In this document: piece by piece, positions 19,722 through 29,486 of the stretch
Layout: each line of letters starts with the position of its first letter
Position numbering within the stretch: position 1 is the stretch's first letter
DNA from: Gammaproteobacteria bacterium
GTDB lineage: Bacteria > Pseudomonadota > Gammaproteobacteria > Pseudomonadales > Litorivicinaceae
Reading direction: 5' to 3'
NCBI GenBank assembly: GCA_002714245.1
Contig: PAWX01000071.1
Span: 1-43,417 of the forward strand
Length of the DNA stretch: 43,417 bases
Position numbers and translations under genes: made by a program
The notes under the pieces: model-generated
Databases searched by the model: none
Told to the model about the DNA's origin: nothing
Seen by the model: only the letters and a program-made list of their open reading frames with translations

Positions 19722-20601
19722 GTCGCTGTTCTATCGCCGTATTGGCGTAGCGCGTCCGGTAGGTAAATAGACCAACCAACGCAGCAAGTAATACTGCGCC
19801 CCCAATGAAATCATCTTGCCTCGGGACCTCGCCGACCAGAATCCAAACGATGACCGGTCCAATCAGTGTCTCGAGTAGGAGATAAAGACCCACCTCTGGC
19901 GCAGGGAGATATTTGGGGGCGATGGTTATCAGCATAAACGATAGTGAGCAGACAATGCATGCATTGACCGTGAGCAACCAAATCGATTCCCGTGGGACTG
20001 AAACCGAATCGATTACAAACCAGATAACACACGCCATCATGAGATTCGCAGACCCGTACAGTGGCCAGATGTGATCTCTCGGGTAATGACGGGTCAAACT
20101 GATGCCTAATCCGGTCAAACCGGGGACAAAAAAGCACGCGAGATAGCCCGCAAGTGGGGTACCGTCCGGGATCGCGGAACCCGAGATCGATGCGCCGATG
20201 ATTCCGATCACGATCGCGATCCATAACGCGAGGTCGGTTGATTCTCCGAACAGGATCCGGCTTGCAAATGCCGAGGCCAGTGGTGTCAGCGCCACAAACA
20301 CGAGCATGGTCGGTGCCCCCAGAAGAGTGACACCGAAAACGAAGGACATCGAAGACATACCGAAAGAAAGAACGATGCCAACGGACACAGCACTGTGGTG
20401 TGTCAACTGGTAGACGAACTCTGCTGGCGACCGGGCCAATGCCGCTACCCACAAAACCAAACAGATCCCTATCCCTCTCCAGAACGACACCACATAGGGA
20501 TCACCATCAATTAACCGCAAAAGTCCAGAATCTGGCGACAGCACTAAGACGCCAAGAATCATTAATGCGGTACCGTAGGCGTAATTGGATAATTGCTTCA
20601 T
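19714..20601 (-). CDS. DMT/EamA family transporter
   Basis: About 10 TMs, 'LSPD', 'APEVGL..LLE....P..VW...GE.P'; ATG 20601 forms an ATGA overlap with the lysE-family stop. Confidence 0.85.
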   Translation of the reverse strand: MKQLSNYAYGTALMILGVLVLSPDSGLLRLIDGDPYVVSFWRGIGICLVLWVAALARSPAEFVYQLTHHSAVSVGIVLSFGMSSMSFVFGVTLLGAPTMLVFVALTPLASAFASRILFGESTDLALWIAIVIGIIGASISGSAIPDGTPLAGYLACFFVPGLTGLGISLTRHYPRDHIWPLYGSANLMMACVIWFVIDSVSVPRESIWLLTVNACIVCSLSFMLITIAPKYLPAPEVGLYLLLETLIGPVIVWILVGEVPRQDDFIGGAVLLAALVGLFTYRTRYANTAIEQRHG

Positions 20602-21206
20602 GGGACCAGAATCAACCCCGCAGCAGCGGTGAGCGCGGCCGCTGTAAAACGCGATAGCCACTTCGAGCTCTGGCCGTCCTCGAATCTCTCCTGTAACCAA
20701 CGGCCGCCAAACGCATACAACCCGATCGCCGCAATCTCGATGACTATGAATGTGCCACCCATTAGGATGACTTGCGGCACGACCGGTTTCACTGGATCAA
20801 TAAATTGGGGGAAGAATGCATAAAAAATTAGAATCAACTTCGGGTTTGTGAAGGCGACTAGGGCCTCAGATCGAGCCATTAGCCGAAGCGATTTACGTAC
20901 CTCCAAATCAAAATGTGTCGACACAACCGCATGAAGCGACTGCCATGCCATCCACAACAAATAACCAGCACCAATGATCCGCAGCCACTGGAACGCAACT
21001 GCGCTACGCGCCAGAAGCGCTTCTAGCCCAACCGCAAGCAAGACAAGCATAACCATCATGACCGGCAGTCGAGCCAGCCCCGCTACGGTCGCACGCCGCG
21101 CATTTGTGCGGATCCCATGGACTAACGCAACAAGGTTATTCGGTCCCGGAAAAAAATTCATTCCGATACAGGCCGGTAGAAAAATCCACCACTGGGCCAC
21201 ACTCAT
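20598..21206 (-). CDS. LysE/RhtB family translocator
   Basis: 'PGPNN', 'GAGYLLW', 'NPK.ILIF.AFFPQF'. Confidence 0.9.
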   Translation of the reverse strand: MSVAQWWIFLPACIGMNFFPGPNNLVALVHGIRTNARRATVAGLARLPVMMVMLVLLAVGLEALLARSAVAFQWLRIIGAGYLLWMAWQSLHAVVSTHFDLEVRKSLRLMARSEALVAFTNPKLILIFYAFFPQFIDPVKPVVPQVILMGGTFIVIEIAAIGLYAFGGRWLQERFEDGQSSKWLSRFTAAALTAAAGLILVP

Positions 21207-21245
21207 AAACTACCTCGGTAAAACAGACGCGGGAGTGTACATCGG

Positions 21246-21827
21246 ATGGTCAGCAAACATCGGCAATTGTGGTGGTTTTTTGTTATCTGCATGCTCCCTT
21301 TCCAATTTTTACAAGCCCAGACTCAGATCATCAGCCTCAAAGACGCGCTCGAGACTCGTGGTACTGTGATCTTTTTTCGTCACGCTTTGGCACCAGGGTT
21401 CGGTGACCCGTCCAAGTTTCGGGTCGATGATTGCGCCACCCAACGAAATCTCGACCAGCGTGGCCGTGAGCAGTCGAAGCGGATTGGTAACCTATTCAAA
21501 TCTCTAGACTTTGCGACAGATATCGTCCATTCAAGTCCCTGGTGCCGTTGTCTCGAGACCGCACGGCTAATGGATATCGGACGAGTAGAATCGTTCGAGG
21601 GTCTGGGCTCTTTTTTTGAGGGCCACGTGGATCGGCAGGTGACACTCAAACTCCTCTCGGACAAGCTGTTAACGATCTCTAATCGTGACGAAACACCAGC
21701 GATTATGGTCACCCATCAGGTTGTGATCAGCGCAATCACCAAATTATTCACCTCCTCGGGTGACGCGATCTTGTATGATCCTAAGAGAGATATATCGCTA
21801 CGGATCCGACTGACTGAAAATGACTGA
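21246..21827 (+). CDS. Histidine phosphatase family protein, probably exported
   Basis: RHA motif, 'CATQRNL', 'SSPWCRC.ETA', 'VTH'; signal-peptide-like N-terminus. Confidence 0.85.
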   Translation: MVSKHRQLWWFFVICMLPFQFLQAQTQIISLKDALETRGTVIFFRHALAPGFGDPSKFRVDDCATQRNLDQRGREQSKRIGNLFKSLDFATDIVHSSPWCRCLETARLMDIGRVESFEGLGSFFEGHVDRQVTLKLLSDKLLTISNRDETPAIMVTHQVVISAITKLFTSSGDAILYDPKRDISLRIRLTEND

Positions 21828-23415
21828 TCGTCTTCACACAGACACACTGATCATCGGCGCCGGGAGCGCGGGCTGTGTGATTGCGAACCGGTTGTCAGCC
21901 AATCCCGAACACCAGGTAACCCTTGTAGAGGCTGGCGGCAAAGATAATTGGCACTGGATCCATATCCCGGTCGGCTATCTTTACACCATGGGGAATCCCA
22001 AAACAGACTGGTGCTACACAACAACGCCGCAAGAGGGCCTAAATGGCCGCAGCCTCGCATACCCACGTGGACGAGTCTTAGGTGGATGCTCGAGTATTAA
22101 CGGCATGATCTACATGCGTGGACAAAAAGACGACTACACGTCGTGGGGTGAGGGATGGTCATGGGACGACGTACTTCCCTATTACAAGAAGTCGGAGAAC
22201 TACCATCGAGGCGCCGACGACTACCATTCAGATCAGGGGGAGATGCTGGTTCAAGAGCAACGACTCAAGTGGGATGTTCTGGAGACATTTAAAAAAGTTT
22301 GTGAAGAGAACGGCTTCACTGACAGACCCGACTTCAACTGCGGAGATAACAGTGGGGTCGGTTATTTCGAGGTCACACAAAGAAAAGGGATCCGTTGGTC
22401 ATCGGCGCGCGCGTTCTTGCACCCGGTAATGCATCGATCAAACCTCACGGTAATGACCAAGACCTTGACCGTGCGACTCATCTTTGACGGAGACCGTTGC
22501 ATCGGTATGGAAGGAACCCGTCATGGCAAGCCTGTTTCAATTCGAGCAAAGCGTGTCGTTCTGGCCGCCGGCGCTGTCGGTTCACCATCACTCCTTGAGC
22601 GATCCGGGATTGGCTCTGAGGCGGTACTTAAACCACTGGGTATCCCTATCCGTAACCGACTCGAGGGTGTCGGTAAAAACCTACAAGACCATCTTCAGGT
22701 CCGGCTGCAATACCGCCTGGAGGCCGGCGAGACGCTCAACCAACACGCCAACTCATGGCTCGGTCGGATCAAAATGGGCCTGCACTACGCCTATAACCAG
22801 TCAGGGCCCTTGTCAATGGCCCCCAGCCAGCTTGGAGCTTTTTTTAAGTCGAGCGACGAGATCGATCGAGCTGACCTCGAATTCCATATCCAACCAATGA
22901 GCGCCGATAAACTTGGTACCGACCTCCATCCCTTTCCGGGAATGACCGCAAGCGTCTGTCATTTGCGGCCCGAGAGTCGGGGCACGGTCCACATCAGTGG
23001 TACGAACGCGTCGGATGCCCCGATTATTGACCCCAATTATCTATCCGAGACATACGACCGTGACGTCGTATGCAGGGCGATCGAAAAAACCAGAGACCTG
23101 ATGGACCATCCGCTACTCGCTGAGTTCTCACCATCCGAACACAAGCCGGGACGAACGCAGAAAACGGATCGCGACCTTGTCAAGGCCGCTGGTGATGTGG
23201 CGACAACAATTTTCCATCCTGTGGGGACCGCAAAGATGGGACCCGACACCGACGGTGAGGCGGTTGTATCCAGAAAACTCGGCGTCCATGGTTTACGTGA
23301 CCTTTATATCGCTGACGCATCGGTCTTTCCCACAATAACCAGTGGGAACACTCACGCTCCGGTCGTCATGATTGCCGAGCGGCTCGCGGAGTGGCTAGAT
23401 CAATCCGATGATTAG
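21820..23415 (+). CDS. GMC family flavin oxidoreductase (choline dehydrogenase-like)
   Basis: GAGSAG, 'GGCSSINGMIY.RG', 'NLQDHL', 'HPVGT.KMG', 'GNT.AP'. Confidence 0.92.
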   Translation: MTDRLHTDTLIIGAGSAGCVIANRLSANPEHQVTLVEAGGKDNWHWIHIPVGYLYTMGNPKTDWCYTTTPQEGLNGRSLAYPRGRVLGGCSSINGMIYMRGQKDDYTSWGEGWSWDDVLPYYKKSENYHRGADDYHSDQGEMLVQEQRLKWDVLETFKKVCEENGFTDRPDFNCGDNSGVGYFEVTQRKGIRWSSARAFLHPVMHRSNLTVMTKTLTVRLIFDGDRCIGMEGTRHGKPVSIRAKRVVLAAGAVGSPSLLERSGIGSEAVLKPLGIPIRNRLEGVGKNLQDHLQVRLQYRLEAGETLNQHANSWLGRIKMGLHYAYNQSGPLSMAPSQLGAFFKSSDEIDRADLEFHIQPMSADKLGTDLHPFPGMTASVCHLRPESRGTVHISGTNASDAPIIDPNYLSETYDRDVVCRAIEKTRDLMDHPLLAEFSPSEHKPGRTQKTDRDLVKAAGDVATTIFHPVGTAKMGPDTDGEAVVSRKLGVHGLRDLYIADASVFPTITSGNTHAPVVMIAERLAEWLDQSDD

Positions 23416-24439
23416 CGAAGAGCCCCAGATCATTTAAACGCTGATCCAGGCGCGGGAATACCCGCCTAGCGTTACCCTCAAAAAGCTTCTCCAGATCGCC
23501 ACGGGTCAGCCCTAGCTGGTCAATGTATTTCTTGGTATCGTCGAAATACTCCCCAGTGTTTGGATCGATTCCCTTCACCGCACCCAGCATCTCAGAACCA
23601 AACAACACATTGTCTGTGCCAATCACTGACAACAAGAGTTCTATGCCTGGCTTGTGGTAGACACAGGTATCAAAGTACACGTTTGTCATGATGTACTCTG
23701 ATGGCTCTGGTTTACCAAGCATCTGCGCGAGTCCACGGTACCTTCCCCAGTGGTAAGGAATAGCACCCCCGCCATGAGGGATAATAAAACGTAGGTCCGG
23801 GAACTCCGAAAATAAGTCACCCTGCACGAGCTGCATGAAGGCAGACGTGTCACCATTGATGTAGTGCGCGCCTGTCGTGTGGTGGCACTCATTACACGAC
23901 CCGGAGACATGAATCATCGCAGGAACGTCCAGCTCCACCATCACCTCATAAAGCGGGTACCAGTATGGGTCCGTTAATGGCTTCCCTGTCCAGTGGCCGC
24001 CCGAGGGGTCGGGGTTAAGGTTGAATCCAACGAACCCCATCCCGATACACCGGCGTAGCTCGTCGATTGCCGGCCCCAATGACTGGCCTCCCTCCTGCGG
24101 TAGCTGGCAGCCCGGTGCGAAGTTTTTGGGAAACAGCTCACAGACGCGGTGAATCAGGTCGTTACTCTCACGGGCCCAGGCGATAGATGTCTCTAGATCA
24201 GCCTGGTGCTGCCCCATCGCTGACGCCTTGGGGGAGAAAATCGTCATGTCCCCGCCACGTTCCTTGATCAACTTCAACTGATTATTTTCAATCGAATCGA
24301 TTATCTCGTCATCAGAGACTGCCGCCATCTTCGCGAGACTAGTGTCTTTACCCTCCGAAAACAGTCCAAGCTGTTCGTCCCGAAACGCTTGTAGCTTTGG
24401 AGACGATGTCGTGTAGTGGCCATGGCAATCGATAATCAT
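23366..24439 (-). CDS. ligJ: 4-oxalomesaconate (KCH) hydratase, amidohydrolase superfamily
   Basis: 'MIIDCHGHYTT', 'NPDPSGGHW', 'HTTGAHYIN.DT.AFMQ', 'PHGGGA.PYHWGR', 'FGSEM.GAV'. Confidence 0.9.
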   Translation of the reverse strand: MIIDCHGHYTTSSPKLQAFRDEQLGLFSEGKDTSLAKMAAVSDDEIIDSIENNQLKLIKERGGDMTIFSPKASAMGQHQADLETSIAWARESNDLIHRVCELFPKNFAPGCQLPQEGGQSLGPAIDELRRCIGMGFVGFNLNPDPSGGHWTGKPLTDPYWYPLYEVMVELDVPAMIHVSGSCNECHHTTGAHYINGDTSAFMQLVQGDLFSEFPDLRFIIPHGGGAIPYHWGRYRGLAQMLGKPEPSEYIMTNVYFDTCVYHKPGIELLLSVIGTDNVLFGSEMLGAVKGIDPNTGEYFDDTKKYIDQLGLTRGDLEKLFEGNARRVFPRLDQRLNDLGLFANHRIDLATPRAARQS

Positions 24440-24457
24440 TTTATATCCTCCTGTCGA

Positions 24458-25159
24458 TCAGTCTCTGGTCTCTTTGTCTTCGTCGTAGGTCACGTATTGC
24501 AGACCCATATCGAGGAGCCGTTGTCTCATATTGTTCATATCGAGACCCAGGGTCCCGTCCCGATACTTCCCCCTGACACCAGCCTCCCTGTCTTCACGCG
24601 CCTCAGATTTTTGTACCACCGAATCCAGCTCATGCCTACGCACAACGACGACCCCATCGTCGTCGCCGATAACCAGATCACTCGGGTTGACCACCTGCCC
24701 GCCACATACAACCGGGACGTTAACATCGCCAAGGGTCTCTTTAACGGTCCCCTGTGCCGAGATGCATCGACTGAAGACAGGGATATTCATTTGTCGTAGG
24801 TCGGCCAGATCACGGACACCTGAATCGATCACCAGCCCGGCGATCCCTCGAGCCTGCATCAGGGTCGCGAGAAGGTCGCCAAAGTAACCACAGTCTGACC
24901 GTGAGTTGACCGCGACCACCATCACGTCGCCCGGCTCACATTGCTCCATCGCGACGTGGATCATGACGTTATCGCCTGGGGTGGCGAACACGGTCACCGC
25001 CCGTCCGACCAGCTTTAACCCCTCCTTGATAGGCCTGATCTCGGGACTCAACAGACCCACACGGCCCTGAGCCTCGTGCACGGTGGCGACGCTGAGTTCC
25101 TTGTAACGGGTGACCGTCTCCGTTGGGATTGTGGGTATTCCGGTGACTACTTTTGGCAT
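24458..25159 (-). CDS. ligK: 4-carboxy-4-hydroxy-2-oxoadipate (CHA/HMG) aldolase
   Basis: 'VATVHEAQGR.GLL', 'PGDN.MIH', 'GYFGDLLA', 'GVRD', 'GTVKET.G', 'LGLD...MR'. Confidence 0.92.
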   Translation of the reverse strand: MPKVVTGIPTIPTETVTRYKELSVATVHEAQGRVGLLSPEIRPIKEGLKLVGRAVTVFATPGDNVMIHVAMEQCEPGDVMVVAVNSRSDCGYFGDLLATLMQARGIAGLVIDSGVRDLADLRQMNIPVFSRCISAQGTVKETLGDVNVPVVCGGQVVNPSDLVIGDDDGVVVVRRHELDSVVQKSEAREDREAGVRGKYRDGTLGLDMNNMRQRLLDMGLQYVTYDEDKETRD

Positions 25160-26124
25160 ATCGCCGCCTCCGTCTCTTTGTTTTTCAGCGACAGAATCTG
25201 ACCCAACAGGCTATCGACAACGTCGCGTTCGATTCCCCTACCGATGACCACCAAAACGTTCTCGGTGGGCCAACCAGAGTGGTTGTAGTCGAAGGTCACG
25301 TGCCGCCGGACCCCCTGAATAATCATGAATTGGTCACTACCATGCGTGCGGACCGTACCCTTCATCCTGAGAAGCCCGGGGCCAATTTGTTCGATCCATT
25401 CACCAAACAGATCCACAAACTCAGACTCGTCAACCGTCGCCTCCCAACGGATTGTTTGGGTCGTGTAGCCGTGGCCATCGTGGTGATATTCATGTCCGAT
25501 TGGGATCAGGCTCTGGCCTTGCATATAGCAATTTGCCGGACCCAAAAAGGTGTCCGTGGTGGGGAGGAGCTCATCCCTCAAAGACAGGACGTGCACATCG
25601 GAAAGCGGATTCAGGGACTGTAGTTGTTGTTTAAAATGATCTAGGTCCCGGGCTTCATCGTGTCTGTTGATAATAGATACTGATGCCATCGACAACTGCT
25701 CTGCGGCCGATTCTTGCGCCAACAGCCAGTCAAAGCTGTTCCTGCCGTCGACGACTGCCACCACCGACTGAAGCGAATAGGACCTGGAAAGGAACGAGCT
25801 TCCCTCAAAGAGTGGTATCAGGTCAGACGGATTCGAGATTCCACTGGTTTCGATCCAGACCGAGGTCTTGTCAGGGAAAAGGCTGGGAAGCTCGTGCAAG
25901 GTCCTGAGCAGGTCGTCTTTTACCGTACAACAGATGCACCCGCCATCCATCGCACGATAGGCGGTACCGGTCGAACCAATCTGCACAGAATCGAAGGACG
26001 CGTCACCAAAATCGTTCACGATCAAGACCGCATCTTTCAGTTGGCCCGACTGAATCAGTCCAAGCGCGAGCGTCGTCTTCCCGGCACCCAGGAATCCGGT
26101 GACTACACAGACTGGACGAGTCAA
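25147..26124 (-). CDS. COG0523/CobW-family metallochaperone GTPase
   Basis: GFLGAGKT Walker A, GCICC metal motif, ETSG, His-rich linker HEYHHDGH, CobW_C 'LRMKG'. Confidence 0.88.
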   Translation of the reverse strand: MTRPVCVVTGFLGAGKTTLALGLIQSGQLKDAVLIVNDFGDASFDSVQIGSTGTAYRAMDGGCICCTVKDDLLRTLHELPSLFPDKTSVWIETSGISNPSDLIPLFEGSSFLSRSYSLQSVVAVVDGRNSFDWLLAQESAAEQLSMASVSIINRHDEARDLDHFKQQLQSLNPLSDVHVLSLRDELLPTTDTFLGPANCYMQGQSLIPIGHEYHHDGHGYTTQTIRWEATVDESEFVDLFGEWIEQIGPGLLRMKGTVRTHGSDQFMIIQGVRRHVTFDYNHSGWPTENVLVVIGRGIERDVVDSLLGQILSLKNKETEAAICQK

Positions 26125-27239
26125 TGGACAGGCCCATGAGGCAACAACGAGACATGCACCACGTCCTCACTGATCTCCCCAGCCACGGCTCTTACCGCTG
26201 TATCAGCATCTTCCAATGGATAGGTGTGGGTCGTCACCAGATCCAGTGGGAACCGGTTTGAGGCAAGCTGCTCTAACGCTAGCTCACAAGACTGGTAGCC
26301 GTGGCCCCGAGCACTCTTGAAAGTAATCCACTTGACGGTGGCTTTGCCAAGCGGGAAGTTCGGAAACTCTGCCAGCTCGCCTTGTAGCAGGATGGTTCCC
26401 CCTTTCCGCTTGAGGGCCTCAACCCCTAGCATCACCGGGATCGTTCCGGCCCCGGACGTGCATTCAAGCGAGACATCGACCCCGATACCGCCGGTGATCT
26501 CCATAATCCGCTCGAGGGGATCCTCCTCACTCACGTTGATGGTATAATCCGCGCCCAGCTTCTTGGCAACCTCAAGGCGCCTCACGTCTTTGGCGGTGCC
26601 GGTCACGATAATGCACGAGGCACCCGCCTGCTTACAGGCAACGGTCTGAGCCATCCCCTGCTGGCCGGGGCCCTGAATTAATACCGACGAGTTGTAGCCC
26701 ACCCCACAATCGAACAGTGCCCACTCGATCCCGTTCGCCATCGGCGTGACGATCCCGGCGAGCTCTGGTGACACGCCCTTGGGGACCTTGTGCAGGACAG
26801 CGTTCCACGGCAGATACATATACTCAGCGAACCCACCCCAAAGATGAGGCGCAGACTCACACGAGGTGTATCCGTAGCGAATCGCATTGGGGTTATGCCG
26901 CCAGTCCGTTGAGGCACAGTGCCTGTACTCGCCCTTATGGCACCACTCGCACTGCATGCAGGTAACGTAGTGCTCGACGAACACGAGGTCACCTTCCTTT
27001 ACACCTTGACGCTCCGTGAATAATTTGCCGGCCTTTGCGATGTACCCGATGTTCTCGTGACCCATGATGACATGCTCGTCTTTCTGGGGTTTTTTGTACA
27101 TTTTCACGTCTGTGCCACAAATACCCGCCACCACGACTTTCATCAGCGCAGCATCCTCTGGTACGTCCGGCATAGGGTACTCCCGCATCTCCATCTGCGA
27201 CGCACCAACGCGAACCATCGCCTTCACCATCTCCGACAT
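26121..27239 (-). CDS. Zn-dependent medium-chain dehydrogenase
   Basis: GICGTD, GHE, CxxCxxC...C structural zinc site, GPGxxG. Confidence 0.9.
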   Translation of the reverse strand: MSEMVKAMVRVGASQMEMREYPMPDVPEDAALMKVVVAGICGTDVKMYKKPQKDEHVIMGHENIGYIAKAGKLFTERQGVKEGDLVFVEHYVTCMQCEWCHKGEYRHCASTDWRHNPNAIRYGYTSCESAPHLWGGFAEYMYLPWNAVLHKVPKGVSPELAGIVTPMANGIEWALFDCGVGYNSSVLIQGPGQQGMAQTVACKQAGASCIIVTGTAKDVRRLEVAKKLGADYTINVSEEDPLERIMEITGGIGVDVSLECTSGAGTIPVMLGVEALKRKGGTILLQGELAEFPNFPLGKATVKWITFKSARGHGYQSCELALEQLASNRFPLDLVTTHTYPLEDADTAVRAVAGEISEDVVHVSLLPHGPVH

Positions 27240-27374
27240 ACCAATCTCCTAAAATAGAACCCACAGTTTACCGACTCAATTCTCAGGAGCTATATTCAAT
27301 TCGGAACCACTGCAAAACAAACTTGATTGAGCAGAACCCTCGCATCTGCACCACCAAACTGGAACGATATATAT

Positions 27375-27659
27375 ATGAGAAGCGCGCTCAAGCAGCGATC
27401 GGAAGTTTATCGACTAGAGAGATTAATCCTCCAACGATTCGAGCTGCACCCGGGCACGATGCTGTTAATTGAAGAGCATTGGCCACGTGACCCGGGGTTC
27501 CCTGTACGGATGAGCGTGTTCTCGTTTTGGCTTGGGGACGTCCGGCACGGGTTCACGGTATTTAAACGTCTCGAAGAGGTCGACGACGGAGATTTTCCTC
27601 CTGGCTGGATGAAAAATCGACTAATCAGATTTGAGCCAATGGGATGCAGCTGCTGCTGA
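27375..27659 (+). CDS. Small conserved hypothetical protein with C-terminal CxCC
   Basis: 'DPGFP...FW...RH.F.VFK.LEEV...D.PP.W...GCSCC'; resembles a small family often auto-labelled 'nitrate reductase'. Start at ATG 27375 is inferred. Confidence 0.65.
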   Translation: MRSALKQRSEVYRLERLILQRFELHPGTMLLIEEHWPRDPGFPVRMSVFSFWLGDVRHGFTVFKRLEEVDDGDFPPGWMKNRLIRFEPMGCSCC

Positions 27660-27684
27660 GATAACAATAAAAAGGATGGTCAGG

Positions 27685-28626
27685 ATGGGTCTTAAAGCTG
27701 TCTCGCGGAGTCAGGGCGCTAACCAAGACATCAAGAGTGGGCAAATAAAACCAAAAGGGTTCGAGCTTGATTTCGAGGAGTGGCCGGTCCTCGTCAAGGC
27801 CTTCCGTGCGATGGTCCGAGAGCAAGCGTTCGATGTCTGTGAGATGGCCCTGACCACCTACATCTGTGCCCGACAACACGGCGTACCCCTGATCGGGATC
27901 CCTATATTTCTAGTCCGAGGATTTCACCACGATAAGATTAGTGTCGCCAAAGACTCAAACATCCGGAGCGTCGAGGACCTAGCCGGGACAAAAATCGGGG
28001 TGAACCGAGGATACACGGTCACGACAGGTGTGTGGGCGAGAACCATACTAGATAGGGAGGGGTTGGACCTGAACCAAGTGACCTGGGTTCGATCGAGCGA
28101 CGAGCACGTTGAAGCCTATTCACCCCCTAAAAACGTTGAAATGATTCCTGAAGGAAAGTCGCTCGAGGAGATGCTGGTCTCTGGTGAGCTGGGCGCCGTG
28201 GCAGGCATGGCGCCGGACGACTTTAGTTCAGATAAGGTACGAACCTTGATTACAGACCCAGACCAGTCAGCGCTACTCGCGCTCGATCGGAGCGGTTTTT
28301 ATCCAATCAACCACCTGATCGTGATGACGGAATCTATCGTAGAGACGTTCCCGACACTACCCGAGGCGCTATTCGAATGTTTTTCAGAGCAAAAGAGACA
28401 GTACCTGGAAAGCCTGACTGCAAGACCCACGGCGGACAATGACGAAATCGATGCCCGCAACCGGAGACTCCAGTCGTTGGGGTTCGATCCACTACCCTAT
28501 GGGATCGAACCAAACGAGCAGGTACTCAACGAGTTGATTGAGTCTGGGCTGCGCCAGAAAATTTTATCCCCGACCACCGGATGGGGGGACTATTTCTGCG
28601 GCTCGGTGCTTAATCTAAATGGCTAA
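27685..28626 (+). CDS. 4,5-dihydroxyphthalate decarboxylase-like protein (type 2 periplasmic-binding fold, no signal peptide)
   Basis: 'FDVCEMALTTY', 'IPIF..RGFHH', 'GYTVTTGVW.R', 'YPINH', 'DPLPYGIEPN'; ATG 27685 with AAGGA SD. Confidence 0.75.
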   Translation: MGLKAVSRSQGANQDIKSGQIKPKGFELDFEEWPVLVKAFRAMVREQAFDVCEMALTTYICARQHGVPLIGIPIFLVRGFHHDKISVAKDSNIRSVEDLAGTKIGVNRGYTVTTGVWARTILDREGLDLNQVTWVRSSDEHVEAYSPPKNVEMIPEGKSLEEMLVSGELGAVAGMAPDDFSSDKVRTLITDPDQSALLALDRSGFYPINHLIVMTESIVETFPTLPEALFECFSEQKRQYLESLTARPTADNDEIDARNRRLQSLGFDPLPYGIEPNEQVLNELIESGLRQKILSPTTGWGDYFCGSVLNLNG

Positions 28627-29486
28627 GCGCGGTAGAAATCGTCGAAAAATGTAAACACAGAATCGCTGTTCTGGGCATCAATCGGGAGATCCAGGAACCG
28701 CGAGTCTGACAGACATTCCTTCACAAAGTGGGCCGCTGATCGTGCGTGGCTCTCATCAGCCCCTGGCAAAATACACACCGGTCGCGCGATCTGCATCAGT
28801 TCCTCGGGTCTCGGCCCCGGTGCACTGTCACAGTCGAACATGGCCCTGTAGCTTGCCTGTACCAGCCTCCCATAAGCCGCCTCGTCACATGTTCTCAGCG
28901 ACTCAGAGAGCCCCTCATCGACGCGGAGAGAACCGCCCCACGGGCCAAGCGTAGAGTCCTTCGCGAACCCAACCTCGGAGCCAAGCGCTTTCTCGATCAA
29001 GGCCCCGGTCCCGTGTTCTGAGACCCAGGCCAAGTGAGTCGAAAATCGGCCAAAGTTACGGATCCGATACCTCGCCCCACCCACCGGCCAGACAAGGTTA
29101 AGGCTCGTCGTAAGATTCGGATACAGACGTGCGAACTCCGATGCCGGAGCGCACCCGAGGCATCCGCCGATCACATGCGCAGATCGCTGTCCGAGTTGTT
29201 CGAGTACAGCATTTCCGTGTCTTGCCATCCCCGCGAAATCCAGTATCTCTAACCGACCGCCTGATTTGCCGCACTCTCGTCGATCAAACAAGATACAAGT
29301 GAAACGGTCAGCCAAGTAGCTCATGATGTCGATTTTCTTGTAGATGCCAAGATCGGTCCATTTCTCAAGCGTCGCATCAAAACCGCCCGGAGAAAACATC
29401 AAAAGCGGCTCGCCTTTACCGATAACAGATACCCGGGTCGGAATACCATCAGCGTCTAACATTTGAGTCGTAATTTTTGTCATCAC
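28623..29486 (-). CDS. Alpha/beta-fold hydrolase with Cys nucleophile
   Basis: 'PGGF' oxyanion loop, 'FDRRECG.S', elbow GGCLG, 'PG.D.SH'. Confidence 0.85.
   Translation of the reverse strand: MMTKITTQMLDADGIPTRVSVIGKGEPLLMFSPGGFDATLEKWTDLGIYKKIDIMSYLADRFTCILFDRRECGKSGGRLEILDFAGMARHGNAVLEQLGQRSAHVIGGCLGCAPASEFARLYPNLTTSLNLVWPVGGARYRIRNFGRFSTHLAWVSEHGTGALIEKALGSEVGFAKDSTLGPWGGSLRVDEGLSESLRTCDEAAYGRLVQASYRAMFDCDSAPGPRPEELMQIARPVCILPGADESHARSAAHFVKECLSDSRFLDLPIDAQNSDSVFTFFDDFYRA

Noticed and set aside
19811-20452. 213-aa Arg-rich alternate-frame ORF
   Set aside because: Out-of-frame shadow within the DMT transporter, with non-protein-like composition.
21820-23415. Assigning the GMC enzyme as betA or as part of the ligJK cluster
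   Set aside because: No betB/betI nearby; it is convergent to the cluster and coupled to a phosphatase gene; the substrate cannot be determined from sequence.
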